64,000 bases of DNA from Dictyostelium discoideum (taxonomy: Eukaryota). The stretch lies in contig CM000152.2 in NCBI GenBank assembly GCA_000004695.1, positions 4,384,001 to 4,448,000 of the forward strand, in the 5' to 3' direction. The translations under genes were made by a program, and so were the position numbers. This document shows, piece by piece, positions 13,866 to 25,412 of the stretch (positions within the stretch are counted from its first letter, which is position 1; each line of letters starts with the position of its first letter). The notes below the pieces were generated by a model. The model was given only the letters and a program-made list of their open reading frames with translations. It searched no databases and was not told where the DNA came from.

Positions 13866-14942
13866 TTAAATGGAGAAATACCTAATATGTTTTTTTAATA
13901 TGTTTGTGTGGTTTTGATGTAATTTGTTTTTGTTACATATATTATTGTATTCAGCGATGCATTGTTCTTCAAGATGTTTGAATTTTGCTGCTTTTTCTAA
14001 TGGTATTTGTTTTACACGTTGAGTTTGTTTGTCTTTGTTATATTGATAGTTTTTTAGAGTTTTAATAATTTTTGATTTTACTTTTGACCAATTTGAAAAT
14101 TGATTGATTGATGTGTTATTGTGATTAGTTATTAAATGATTGATAATATTGATTGCTTCATGGTCATTTGCAGTACCAGATGATAATATCCATCTTTTCT
14201 TATGTTTTTTTATTTGAAAAGGTGAAGAAATTGTTGTTGATACTGGATTATGATCTGATAATGAAGATGGAATTTGGTGGACTTGTGAATATATATTTTC
14301 AGGGTCTATTCTATTGTATTGAGTATATATTCTATCTAATCTGTTGCCATGTGTATGAGTTGGAGTGTTTTTAAATTCACCTTGATCAATTAGACGGTGT
14401 TGGTATGTGTAGGATTGGATAATATCATATAATAGTGAATTGTCGTTGTGGATACAGTTGAAATCTCCTGCGATAATAGACACATGTTGGGATTGGTTTG
14501 GTATTGGGTTTGTTGAGTGGATGTGGGGAAGTGTTTGTAGTGAAGTTGAATATGAATTCTTTTTGATGGTATTATTTGATGCTGGTGCGTAAATTCCAAG
14601 AATACCAATTGGTAATTGATTTGGAAATATAACGTCTACTAAAATAGCTCTACCATCAATTGTTGATATGTGTTTGAGTTTGAGTGTGTTTGGGTTATGG
14701 TTAAGGATGATTACACCATTTCCTCGTTTGGTGACAGAGATGATATGATCGGGAAAATCATGTTTAAGTTGTAATGGTGATGAATTGAGTTCAGTGAGAA
14801 TTGAGATTGTTGGACGAGGTGGAAGTTTTGATATAAGTAGTTGTAGTGTGTCAACAGCTTTTTGGTAGGAATTGTGTTGATTGTTTGGGTTTTCAGTGAA
14901 TCCTCTACAATTCCATGTTATAAAGTTGATTTTTGAGCTCAT
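13866..14942 (-). CDS. Retroelement ORF2 N-terminal region: apurinic/apyrimidinic (EEP) endonuclease domain
   Basis: 358-aa ORF with EEP-family motifs (ITWNCRGF..., SIIAGDFNCIH, DRIY) typical of L1-clade non-LTR ORF2 N-termini. Confidence 0.7.
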   Translation of the reverse strand: MSSKINFITWNCRGFTENPNNQHNSYQKAVDTLQLLISKLPPRPTISILTELNSSPLQLKHDFPDHIISVTKRGNGVIILNHNPNTLKLKHISTIDGRAILVDVIFPNQLPIGILGIYAPASNNTIKKNSYSTSLQTLPHIHSTNPIPNQSQHVSIIAGDFNCIHNDNSLLYDIIQSYTYQHRLIDQGEFKNTPTHTHGNRLDRIYTQYNRIDPENIYSQVHQIPSSLSDHNPVSTTISSPFQIKKHKKRWILSSGTANDHEAINIINHLITNHNNTSINQFSNWSKVKSKIIKTLKNYQYNKDKQTQRVKQIPLEKAAKFKHLEEQCIAEYNNICNKNKLHQNHTNILKKHIRYFSI

Positions 14943-16312
14943 ACCTTACTAGGTTTGGCAGCACCAGTATTGACTGGTTGTGTAGTCAAGGCATTGCTGC
15001 TTCTTCTTGTATTTATTGTATTTGGAGTTGGTGCACTTGGTTTGTTTGGTTGAGATTGTAGAGGTTTTTGTGGTACAATTGTTGGATCGGTTGGATTGCT
15101 CATTGATAATGAGTTTTTCCCGTTATTATTATTTGAAGAATCACTTTTGTGTGAAATTTCATTATTGTTTTGGGATTGATTGTTAATATCAAGTGATTCA
15201 TTTAGTGTAGCTTTTGAACCACTATTTTGAAGTGGGTTATTATTGCGATTGGAACTTGCAATTTCGTTGATTGGTGGGGTGTTAATGTTGTTTTTAGGTG
15301 GATGATTGTTATTGTTAATATTTGGGTTTTTGAGAGCATTTTTTATAGTTGTTGCCATATCTGCATTTTTTGCATGTTGAATTTTGTGTTTAGTGACACT
15401 ACATGTTGCAGCTTTGATATATCTTGTGATACCAGATGGTTGTTCGATCTTTTGATCAACAATGTTGTGTGTGTGATCAATGTTATAATGTAGCTTTTAA
15501 ACGCAACAGCATATGAGTATGTGACAGTAAATGATTCAATTGATGTACAACTGGTGAATTTGGTGAGGTTGTTTATAATTGCATCGTTTGCATGTTTGGG
15601 TGAGTACGTTTGAATGAATGTTTTAATGATTGCATAATCATTTGATGATATTTCGAATCTATAGTTGAGTTTGTGGATATTTAGTGCAAGTTTGTTTTGA
15701 AGGTTGATTATTGAAGTTAATTTATCAACGTTGCAATTTACGAAGGCAGTTGCACCAATTATTTTAAATGCTGATGGCGACAGTATATCTTCGAAGAGTT
15801 TGTGAATGTTTTTGTGAATTTGTTGAATTCTTGTGTCATCTTTAGAGGTTAATTCTTCACGGATGTGTGGTTGATTAAAGTAACACTTAATGTTGATGGT
15901 GTTATTGTTTTTTTCTAAGAAGGAGAGTGGTCTTGTGATTGATGGAGGTGCAATGATATCTAATTGATTATCAAGTCCTTTGTTAAGTGAGAATTGATTT
16001 GTTGGGGTTTGTTTTTTAGGTGTGTCGATTTTTGCACTTTTGTTTTTTGTTGTTGAGGTTGTGGAGGTATTATTTGTATTGGTTGTGTCGTTATCTGAAT
16101 GATTTAACTGGAATTCAGTTGAGTGATCATCAGCCGTTGTTGAAAAGTATATAGGACGATAGCCCTTGCTTTATTGAGTAAAACTAGGGCAAAATTAAGT
16201 GGAATGAATGTGGTGGTGAAGATATAGCAGTGATTTATTTATTATATGAATAAATTCTTGTTTATTTCTTTGTTTCGTTTCTTTGTTTTGTTTCGGTTTT
16301 TATTTTTAGAAG

Positions 16313-16325
16313 AGGATCGAACACT
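16313..16325 (-). promoter_or_regulatory. External B box (ex-B), a TFIIIC-binding element, about 30 bp downstream of tRNA-Gly
   Basis: Minus-strand GTGTTCGATCCTC matches the B-box consensus GGTTCGANTCC and sits just 3' of the tRNA. Dictyostelium tRNA genes commonly carry such ex-B boxes. Confidence 0.6.
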
Positions 16326-16355
16326 TGATCTATTCAAGATTTTTTTAAAAATATA

Positions 16356-16426
16356 TGCGTATGCTGGGAATCGAACCCAGTTCGCATCCGTGGCAGGGAT
16401 GCATCATACCACTAGACCACATACGC
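16356..16426 (-). tRNA. tRNA-Gly (anticodon GCC), 71 nt
   Basis: Reverse complement folds as a canonical cloverleaf. Acceptor stem GCGTATG/CATACGC. Anticodon stem CATCC/GGATG with loop CTGCCAC. T-arm CTGGG-TTCGATT-CCCAG. Discriminator A. Identical to the copy at 29344..29414. Confidence 0.95.
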
Positions 16427-16439
16427 TTTTTTTATATTT

Positions 16440-17040
16440 CTGAAAAAAATTTACCAAAATTTATGTCGTAATGGGGAATAAAATCAACAGCCATTATCTG
16501 CGAAAACATCTGGAGAAGAAAATTCATGAAGGAATAACACTCAAAAACTTAAGAAAAGAACCACTAGTACACGAACTAAAGAAAACTCAAACAGCAGCCG
16601 GGAAAGAACAAAAAACAACATATACAAACTAATCAGACAAGAAAAAAAAGCAACCAATAACGAACAAAAAAAAAATTCAAAAACATCATCTCCCTGCAAT
16701 TCGAATGATTTAGCAAACACTGGAACTCACCACTACACACAGTAGCACTACCATCAAACCTCAATAAATATATTACATCATTCAACACACTCCGCACCCC
16801 CCAACTTTAAAAAAAAAAAAAAAAAAAACCATACAACCTTAAAAGGCACCTGTAATATTTAATAATAAAATGAGATATATCTCAAGAAGAAGCAACTAAA
16901 AATTGCGTTATTCCATCAAAAAAAAATTTATGTCGTATTTATAATCAGTCCTATAAAAAAACATTTAGTAATAATTGTTTATAATAAAATTAATAATACA
17001 TATATTACTTAAATAAAACCCGTACACATCCCTGGTTGGT
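16440..17040. mobile_element. Possible retroelement remnant (TRE5-like?) on the 5' side of tRNA-Gly
   Basis: About 600 bp of C/A-rich, non-coding, non-AT sequence begins about 15-50 bp upstream of the tRNA. It contains an internal direct repeat (AAATTTATGTCGTA at about 16459 and about 16917). There is no ORF. The position matches the preferred TRE5 integration site, but I cannot confirm identity from memory. Confidence 0.3.
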
Positions 17041-17225
17041 TGAGGCCATTAAAAAGAAAAAAAATACTTTTTCAAAACTAGAATTCAACAGAATCACAAA
17101 AACAAACGGAAAAAAAAAAATAAAATAAAAAAAAAAAAAATAAAAATAAATAAATTTTTTTTTTTTTTCTTCTTACTAATTTTTTTTTTTTTTTTTTTTT
17201 TTCTACAATTTAAAAAAAAAACACA

Positions 17226-18349
17226 ATGATTTATGGTGATACAAGAGAATTTAGAAATATTCATTTCCATTTAAATAATATCAGGATAGTAGGAGCAATA
17301 TTTGGTCAAGATGGTTTTATTCATAAAAAAATCCCACTCGCAACCAAAGTGATTTCTATAATTTGTTCAATTTTATTTGCACTTAGTTTAGTAGCACCTT
17401 CAATGTTTGGTTCTTATAAAACCTGTTTATCAATTGAAAGTCTAACAAATTCATTTTTAGATAATCGTTTGTATTTTTTTTTTTTTTTTTTTTTTATTAT
17501 TTATTAATTTTTTTTTTTTTTTTTGATTATTTATTAATTTCTTAAAAAAAAAAAAAAGTTTATAGAATTATATTATCAAATTTTGCACATTTATCAATTT
17601 ATCATATTGTTTATAATATGATAACATTTTTAGATCTTGCAAAATTAGAAAGACTTACATTTGGAACATTAAAATATTTTTATTTATTGTTTTTATTTGG
17701 AATTATTACAAATTTAATATGTTTATTTATTTATTTCATTGGTAGAAATAATGTTTGTCATTTAGGTTTCTCTGGTGTACTATTTGCATTGATTTATATT
17801 GAATCAAATTCCTCAGGAAGAGATGTATTTTTATTTAATGCAGTTAAAATTCCATCAAAATTATACCCATGGGCAATGTTAATTTTAGCCCATGTTTTTG
17901 TACCAAGAAGTTCATTCATTGGTCATTTCAGTGGTATTGTTGTTGGTATTTTATTTATTAAAGGTTATTTAGATATCTTTATCTTATCAAATCAAAAATT
18001 ATCAGAAATTGAATCATCTCAACTTATGAATATATTTACAACTAAAAATAGTTATTTCCCAATAATTAAATTTGGTGGTTCTCGTAGATCCTATAATACT
18101 GATAGAAAAAGTTTAGATGGTTTATTTTTTGAATTAAAAAATTTATTTAACCCACAACAACAACAACAAAGACAACAACAAAGACAACAACAACAACCAC
18201 AATCACCACAACCACAACAACCACAACAACCACAACAACAACCACAACAACAACCACAACAACAACCACAACAACATCAAAGAGATAATTTTAGAAACGA
18301 TAATAATGATAATAGTAATAATTATGATGAATATGATTTCTCAAAATAA
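17226..18349 (+). CDS. Rhomboid-like intramembrane serine protease, 2 exons: join(17226..17466, 17634..18349), with a C-terminal poly-Q/P tail
   Basis: Exon 1 and ORF 17618..18349 join in frame across a 167-nt intron (GTTTGT...TTTTTAG). The protein has a GFSGVLFAL motif (GxSG catalytic serine) and LAHVFVPRSSFIGHFSGIVVGILF (catalytic His in an AHxxGxxxG-like context), plus several hydrophobic helices. Confidence 0.55.
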
Positions 18350-19157
18350 CGAATAAAAAAAAAATAAAAAATAAAAAAATAAAAAAAAATCGCCACATTA
18401 TTTTTATTTTTTTTATTTTTTATTTTTTTTAATTAATAATAATAATAATCCAAAGTTAAATTCATTGTCATTTTCATCTAAAAATAGTTTGTGGTGATAT
18501 TTTAGTAGTTTGGAACTGTGTTGAATAAAAAAAACAAAAATAGAAAAAAAGAAAAAATAAAAAAAATGAAAAAAAATAAAAAAAATAAAAATTTGGGGGA
18601 ATAAAAATGATATTTTTAATTAAATTTAATAATTATTTTTTTTTTTGAAAATTGAGTATGGTTCTATCCAAATTTGTAACGAATCTAGCAAAACGAAGTT
18701 TTGTAAAATATTCTGGTAAAGAGGCAAAGAAAACAAATTCTAACGTCTTTTTTTTTTATTTTTTTTTTTACTTTTTTTTTTTTTTTACTATTATTTTATT
18801 TTTTTTTTATTTTTTTTTTTATTTTTTTTATTTTTTTCAATAAAAAAAGTAACTAATCTATAGATATATAAATTTTTTAATTTTAAATAATAAAAATATT
18901 TTTTAACACATTTTCCCCCTTTTTTTGAAAAATAAAGAGTTGTAGAATAAAAAAAAAAAAAAATAAAAAAAATAACATAATTAAAAAAAAAATAAAATAA
19001 AATATTAAAATATTAAAACCAAAACAAGATTATACCTAAGTAATAATAAATAGATAATATTTTTAAAAAAAATAATTTAAAAAATCGGATATCATAATTT
19101 CACAAAACCAAACGTATAATTTTAAAAATTATAACTCGAATATTATTTTTTTTTTTT

Positions 19158-19203
<46 letters not shown>

Positions 19204-19317
19204 CATATATTAAAAAATAAATTAATAAATAAATATTAAAATAATAAATAAAAATTTTATATATAATATAAACCAAAAAAAAAAAAAAAAAAAATGGAAA
19301 AAACAAAAATTAATTCA

Positions 19318-20526
19318 AATGAATTAAAAGTCTTGATAAATAATTTTGGAACAGTTCCTTTATTTAAAATTGATGAAAATGAAAACCAAGATGTTACTTT
19401 AAAAAAATTAAATAGTTCAAGGTAAATAATTATTTAATTTTTTTTTTTTTTCATTTATATATTTTTATTATTTAAAACTAATTATTTATTTTATTTTTAA
19501 TTAATAGACCAGTTGGGTATCATCAATTTTGTTTTGATTCAAAATTAAACAAATATAAAAGTATTGATAAAGGTGATTTAATTGAAAATCAAAGTGAAGA
19601 ATTAGCATGTAATCCATACCTTTATTCAAAGAATATTAAATTTGTACATGAACGTGATATGGAAATGTGTTATATTTGTAGGGATAGGGATGCTCCATCA
19701 GTATGTTTATGGAGTTGGGATTTTGGAAAGAAATTAGAAATTTCAAAATTAATATTAAACATGTTATTTATGGCATTTGAAGAGAATAGTGGTATTGATT
19801 GGTATTTATCAACTGAAATTTCCAATGATATGGTTTTAGCATTGCGTAATAAAAACCATGAAAAAGTGATGAAAACAATTCAAGATGAATTTTTCAAGTT
19901 ACCATTAGAACTTGTTTCACCAGTTTATTTTGATAAGAAATTAAATTTAACAGAATTGGTGGGTGGTTCAAAGAGATTCTATCTTTCATGTATTATGTCC
20001 AATAGTGGTCCTTATAAAACTCAATTATTCCGTTCGAAATTCTTAACAAAATTCACTCAAGAAGATGACGACTATCTACATTTACACACACCTCCAAAAT
20101 TCAATTACCCATTTAATATCTACTTTGAAGTTTCATTATCATCAAATAACTCCACCACCACCACTACCTCAACTACTACTAAAAAAGAAAATCAACAAGA
20201 AAATCTTGATATTAATGGTAAACAAAACAATAATAACTATTATTTCGTTGAAATTGATGAAAATATTGATACAGTTCAAGATAATAGCACCTTTAAAACA
20301 AAGAATTGGGATTCTGGTAGAGTTGGTGATTGGTTATTTGATATGGGTTTCTATGACTTGATTGAAAGGTTTTCCTTTCAAAATGTTAATGGTGAAACTT
20401 TATTAACTCGTGGTTTATCAATATTACCAAATAGTTTTCTTCAAAATTCTACAAAAAGAAATAAATATATTGAAGCAATAAATAGATTATTATCATTAAA
20501 TAAAATGGATTCAATTTTATCGCCTC

Positions 20527-20610
<84 letters not shown>

Positions 20611-21281
20611 TACAATTACAACAACAACCAATTGAACAACCAATTGCAAGTGCTGATGATCAACAAATGTTAGTTCCAACTGCAAATGCTTCACCATTGT
20701 ATTCAAATCAATATAGTGAAAAATCAATTTTATTTTTAAATTATTTAGACGAAACAAAAAAAAAACAATTAAATAATTTTAAAAAATTACCAGATGAATC
20801 TTCAAAAAATCAAATAAATCTTGATGATAATAATGAAAGCAAATTAATATTAAATGATTTAAATTCAAGTAATTATAAATTAATAATTAAAAATAATGTT
20901 ATTCATGTTCATAAATCAATACTTTCACAAAATTCAGATTATTTCAATGCATTGTTTACTTCAAGTTTTTTTGAAAATTTAAATAGTACTTGTACTTTTG
21001 AAAGTGATGATGAAAAATTAACAATTGAATCATTGGAATTATTAATGGAATTTATTTACCTTCAAACTCAAGAAGAAGCATTAAATTTTTTAAAAAAACA
21101 AGATTTTAAACAATTAAAAGTTTTACTTCATTTATCCGATAGATTCCTTTTTAAACAAAAAGAATTAATTGAAAAATTTATTGTTTGGTCTATAAAATCT
21201 GTAAATTTAAAAATAATTGATCAAGAATTTAATAATAATAATTTAATTTCGCTCTTTACAAAATATTATTTAAATAATTAA
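19318..21281 (+). CDS. SAM-domain + BTB/POZ-domain protein, about 620 aa, 2 exons: join(19318..19421, 19508..21281)
   Basis: ATG at 19318. Donor GTAAAT at 19422, acceptor TTAATAG at 19507, in frame with ORF 19659..21281. SAM-like block WDSGRVGDWLFDMGFYDLIERFSFQNVNGETLL. BTB block KLIIKNNVIHVHKSILSQNSDYFNALFTSSF...LELLMEFIY. Long (CAA)n poly-Q tract. Confidence 0.65.
20526..20609 (+). repeat. (CAA)n coding microsatellite (poly-Q, about 28 units)
   Basis: Direct tandem CAA repeat inside the SAM-BTB CDS. Confidence 0.95.
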
Positions 21282-21678
21282 TTAATTAATAAAAATAAAA
21301 AAAAAAATAAAAAAATAAAAAAACCAAATAGAATTAAAAGAATCAAATAAAGCACCATTAAAAAAAAAAAAAAAAAAAAATTTTTGATTAAAATGAAGTG
21401 AAATTATAGCGTTTGTTGGTCTCATTTAAAAAATCATTCCAAATCAAAAAAAAGACTTAATAAAAATCAAGAAAAAAAAAAATCATTAAATTTATTAAAA
21501 TATCTTATATGATAAACCTTGTACCAAAAAAACGTTTTTGACATGATGATTTTCAGATAATTCATAAAAAAATGGTTTTTTTTTTTTTTTTTTTAATTTT
21601 TTTTTATTATCTACTCTTTTTATAAGAGCAGAAAAAAAAAATCATTCTATTTTAAAACAATTAAAGATAAATAAAAAA

Positions 21679-22097
21679 ATGATAAAGGTAACATTTATCA
21701 TTTTTTTTTTTTATATAATTCAATTTATAAATTCTCAATCAACTTTTCATCTAAATGAAAAATCATTAGCATTACAAATATTAAGTGATTGTTATGGTTA
21801 CACTTTTCCAGATCCAACAACTGCAGACCCATGTGGAGTTTTAAATGCAATTTTTTGTAAAGTAGGCGCAAATCCAGATGGTACCACTTTTATTTTTGAT
21901 GTCAGACTTTTAGAAAATAATTATAGTTGCACAATTGGTGATCTTTCAAATTTTCCAAATTTAAAATCATTATCAGTTTATGGAAATCATTCATTAGGTA
22001 CTGCTTTTTTTCAAAATATTAATAATTTAACAGTATTAAATGATGTGTAAAGTTTTAATTATTATTATTATTATTAAAAATTTTTTTAAAAATGTTG

Positions 22098-22143
<46 letters not shown>

Positions 22144-24201
22144 ATCAAAAATAAAAAGTACAACCAATATTCAATCAGAAACAATTCCAATTAATGTTAA
22201 ATTACCAAGTACTTTAATTACATTTATTATTAATAATTTATTAACAGCATTACCAATTGGATTTTTTGAAAGTAATATTCAAAATCTTTATATTTATAAT
22301 GCTGGATTTAGTGCTAGTTATCCATCATCTTTAAAAACAGTCAATAAACAATTGACAGAAATGGTATTAAGTGTGAATCAAAACTCAATACCTCCATTTA
22401 ATATGGGAAGCTATCTTTCAAATTTAAATGAATTAATTTTAAATGTAATTAATGAAAAGTCAATTATTGGATACACTGATTATTCTTTCCCAACATTTCA
22501 ATCATTTAGAATTTTCAAACATCTTACTGTAAATTTCCAAAATAATCAAAATGAAAATTCAATTCAACTTTTTAACTTCCCATCAACTTTTAATAATATT
22601 CAATCACTTTCAAAATTAAATATTAATGGTATTGGTTTCACTGTTGATTCATCATTAGGTTATATTGATTTAAGAAATAATCCTCAAACTTTTGATTTGT
22701 AATTATTATTGTTTATTATTATTAATTCACATTAAATAGTTTTTATTTTTGTAACTAATATTTTTTTATTATTTTTTAGAATAATTAATGGAACATGTGA
22801 ATTATTTTCATCATGCACTACAACTAATGATTGTGTTAGATTACCAAAAACTTCAAGTTTAACTGTTTTAGAATGTTCATTTAATATTAGTAATATTAAT
22901 TATTTAAATATTACAAGTTTTAAATCAACATCAAATAATTTATCACAAACACTTCCAGAAATTAATAATCCATTAGAAATTAATTCTTTTATAATTTCTA
23001 ATACAGCTGTAAGTAATTTTTTTTAAACAATATTAAAAATAATAATAAAATTATTAATTTTACTTTTTTCAAATAGATTACAGGAATAATTCCACAAAGT
23101 TATTGTAAAATTGGGAAATCAATATTCCAAGCTCAAAATAATAAACTTAATGGTGTTGTACCATCATGTTATCAATGTCAAGGTGGCTCACTTTCATCCG
23201 GTATTCTTCCAAATAATTTTGATAATTTCAATTCATCAACACCAAAAAGTTGTCCTGCATTTTCAGTAGATGATAGCTATAATCGTACAATCGATACCAT
23301 TGGTGGTTTATTGATTGTTAATGGTATTGATTTAGGTTGGTCAATTACATCCACTATGACTATTGGACATAGATATTCAATTCCAAATTACCAAATTGGA
23401 TTTCAAATTCCATCAGGTATTGGTAAAAATAATCAATTCAGTGTATCATTTACAAGTGATAATACTCATACTTTCTATTACGATTATATACCACCAACTA
23501 TTGCTTCATATTCGATTATTGAAATTAGTGGTAGTAAATACTTTGCAATCGATGGTAATGGTTTTGATACCAATAATGCAAATGTTGTTTTATTCAATAA
23601 TGGCCAATCAATTAATTTTAGTACTGCATCCAATGGTAGAATCGTATGTACTTCTATTGATTTATTATCTCAATTAGTTCAAGGAATGAAATATCATTTA
23701 TCAATGAAAGTTGGAGGTCAAGATTCAAATGTATTCACTTTTGGTTATTATAATATCACTGTTTCAAATAGTAGTTCTTTATCTTTCAATACTGATGGCG
23801 GTTTAATTAGTATTGATGGTTCATTTGGAACAACTAATTCAAGTTTAGTATATGTTGAAATTAATGGAATTAAATGTACAGTTGAATCAATCACATATGA
23901 AAAACTAACAATTAGTTATCCATCATCAATTAGTGGTAATTTCATTCTTTCTATTAATATTGAAGGAGGTCAACTTAGTATTCCAATTAAGATTTCAGAT
24001 GCCAACACTAGTGGTTCTGTGACTAGCTCTTCTTCTACCACCACTTCTACCAGTTCCTCTACTACCACTACTACCTCAACCAATTCACCTACTACCTCAA
24101 CTAATTCTGGAAATGAACCAAATCCTTCATCCTCATCAATTTTATCAATATCTTTCTATTTATTAACTTTGGTATCATTCATTTCTATTAATAGTTGTTA
24201 A
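21679..24201 (+). CDS. Secreted/GPI-type cell-surface protein with N-terminal LRR region, IPT/TIG domains, Ser/Thr-rich stalk and C-terminal hydrophobic tail. 4 exons, approx. join(21679..22046, 22159..22698, 22780..23008, 23076..24201).
   Basis: N-terminal signal peptide (MIKVTFIIFFFYIIQFINSQS). LRR-like repeats in exons 1-2. Exon joins use donors GTAAAG/GTAATT/GTAAGT with T-rich...AG acceptors and keep frame. IPT/TIG-like beta-rich repeats (ISGSKYFAIDGNGF..., VEINGIKCTVESI...). TTSTSSSTTTTT stalk. Ends SILSISFYLLTLVSFISINSC (GPI-signal-like). My position count and the ORF track disagree by 1 nt in exon 4. Confidence 0.55.
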
Positions 24202-24609
24202 AAAACAATAAAATATTATTTAAAAAATTATTATTTTATTATTTTTATTATTTTATTATTTAATATATATTACTAATCTATTTAATGTAGTTTAAAAAAC
24301 CTTTTTTAAAAAAGGCAAACTATAGTTGTTTAAAAGGAACCACAAAAATTTAAAATCATTGGAGGTATTAAAAAGAGTGCACGATATTTACAAAAATCCA
24401 TGAATAGCCTGGAGATAGATTCGTTGAATTAGTATTGTTGATTTTTTTTTTTTTTTTTTAAAGGAAATAAAAAAAAAAAAAAATCTATAAAAAAAAAAAA
24501 AACCAAAGCTAATTAAAAAAAAAAAAAATTCGATTGATTATTTTTTTTTTGACCATATTACTTATATATACTTATTATTTAAATTTTAATAAAAGCCACA
24601 TGACTCTAT

Positions 24610-24640
<31 letters not shown>

Positions 24641-24783
24641 CGTTTTATAATTTTTTTTTTTTATTTTTTTTATATTTTTGTTATGAGTAAATAAATATTA
24701 ACAAAAGATAAAAGCAAAATAATTCATTGCATTTTTTATATATTTTTTTATTTTCTTATTTATTATTTATTTGAAAAAAAACG

Positions 24784-24821
<38 letters not shown>

Positions 24822-25128
24822 GGTATAATAAGTTTTGATTGGCCAAAATTTAAAAAACAAAACTTAATAACGAGACTATATAATTACGTTACAAATTAAT
24901 TTTTAATTTTTTACTTTTTTTTTTTTTTTTTTTTTTTGAAAAAAAAAAATTTCGAAATTTTTTTTTTTTTTTTCGTTTTTTTTTAGTATAAAAAGACATT
25001 TTAAAACTGATATATTTTCATTCAACAAAACATTTAATTGTAAGTTAAAAAAATAATAAAAAAAAAAAATATATATATATATATATATATTTCCTTGGAA
25101 ATAAATAAAAAATTATTATAATAGTGCT

Positions 25129-25216
25129 ATTGAATGATGATATATCACCGCCCCAGTCATAATTTTTGTGCTGATTCGGATTTACAGAACACGCCAGTTT
25201 TGCTTCTGACACCAAT
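25129..25216 (+). ncRNA. Candidate box C/D snoRNA (about 88 nt)
   Basis: 5' ATTG-aa-TGATGA (C box at 25135-25140)...CTGA (D' at 25171-25174)...CTGA (D at 25206-25209)-cac-CAAT 3'. The 4-bp terminal stem ATTG/CAAT flanks the C and D boxes. The surrounding region is an intergenic non-AT island with no ORF. Confidence 0.35.
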
Positions 25217-25412
25217 AGTCACTACTATAATTATTATATTCATAATATTTATGTAGTTCAATATATTAATATTATTTTATTTTTATATTATAGATTTCTC
25301 GCTAAATAATTTCTATGAGCTTCCTCCTTTGAATTCTCTGCTTTTTAATAATTTCTTGAGGTATGTTACCTAATTGATTCAATCGCCAAATCTTGATATT
25401 TTTTTAAATGTT

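Larger units (their letters stand above)
11090..16290 (-). mobile_element. TRE3-type (tRNA-gene-targeted, 3' side) non-LTR retrotransposon, about 5.2 kb, degenerate (frameshifts/stops in ORF1 and the RT region)
   Basis: The region is G+T-rich on the + strand, unlike the host's pure A/T intergenic DNA. Minus-strand ORFs encode an APE-type endonuclease (13866..14942), a reverse-transcriptase region broken by stops (about 12600..13865), and a C-terminal Cys/His zinc-finger region (11483..12292). An ORF1-like region at 14939..16140 shows a frameshift. The 5' end lies about 100-200 bp downstream of the 3' end of tRNA-Gly in the same orientation. An ex-B box sits between them. This is the known TRE3 integration pattern in Dictyostelium. 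Element ends are approximate. Confidence 0.75.

Noticed and set aside
18652-18843. 63-aa ORF ending in poly-F, and similar ORFs at 42977..43279, 43400..43630, 51069..51302, 55252..55502
   Set aside because: Poly-T/poly-A tracts read as poly-F/K; intergenic compositional artefacts.
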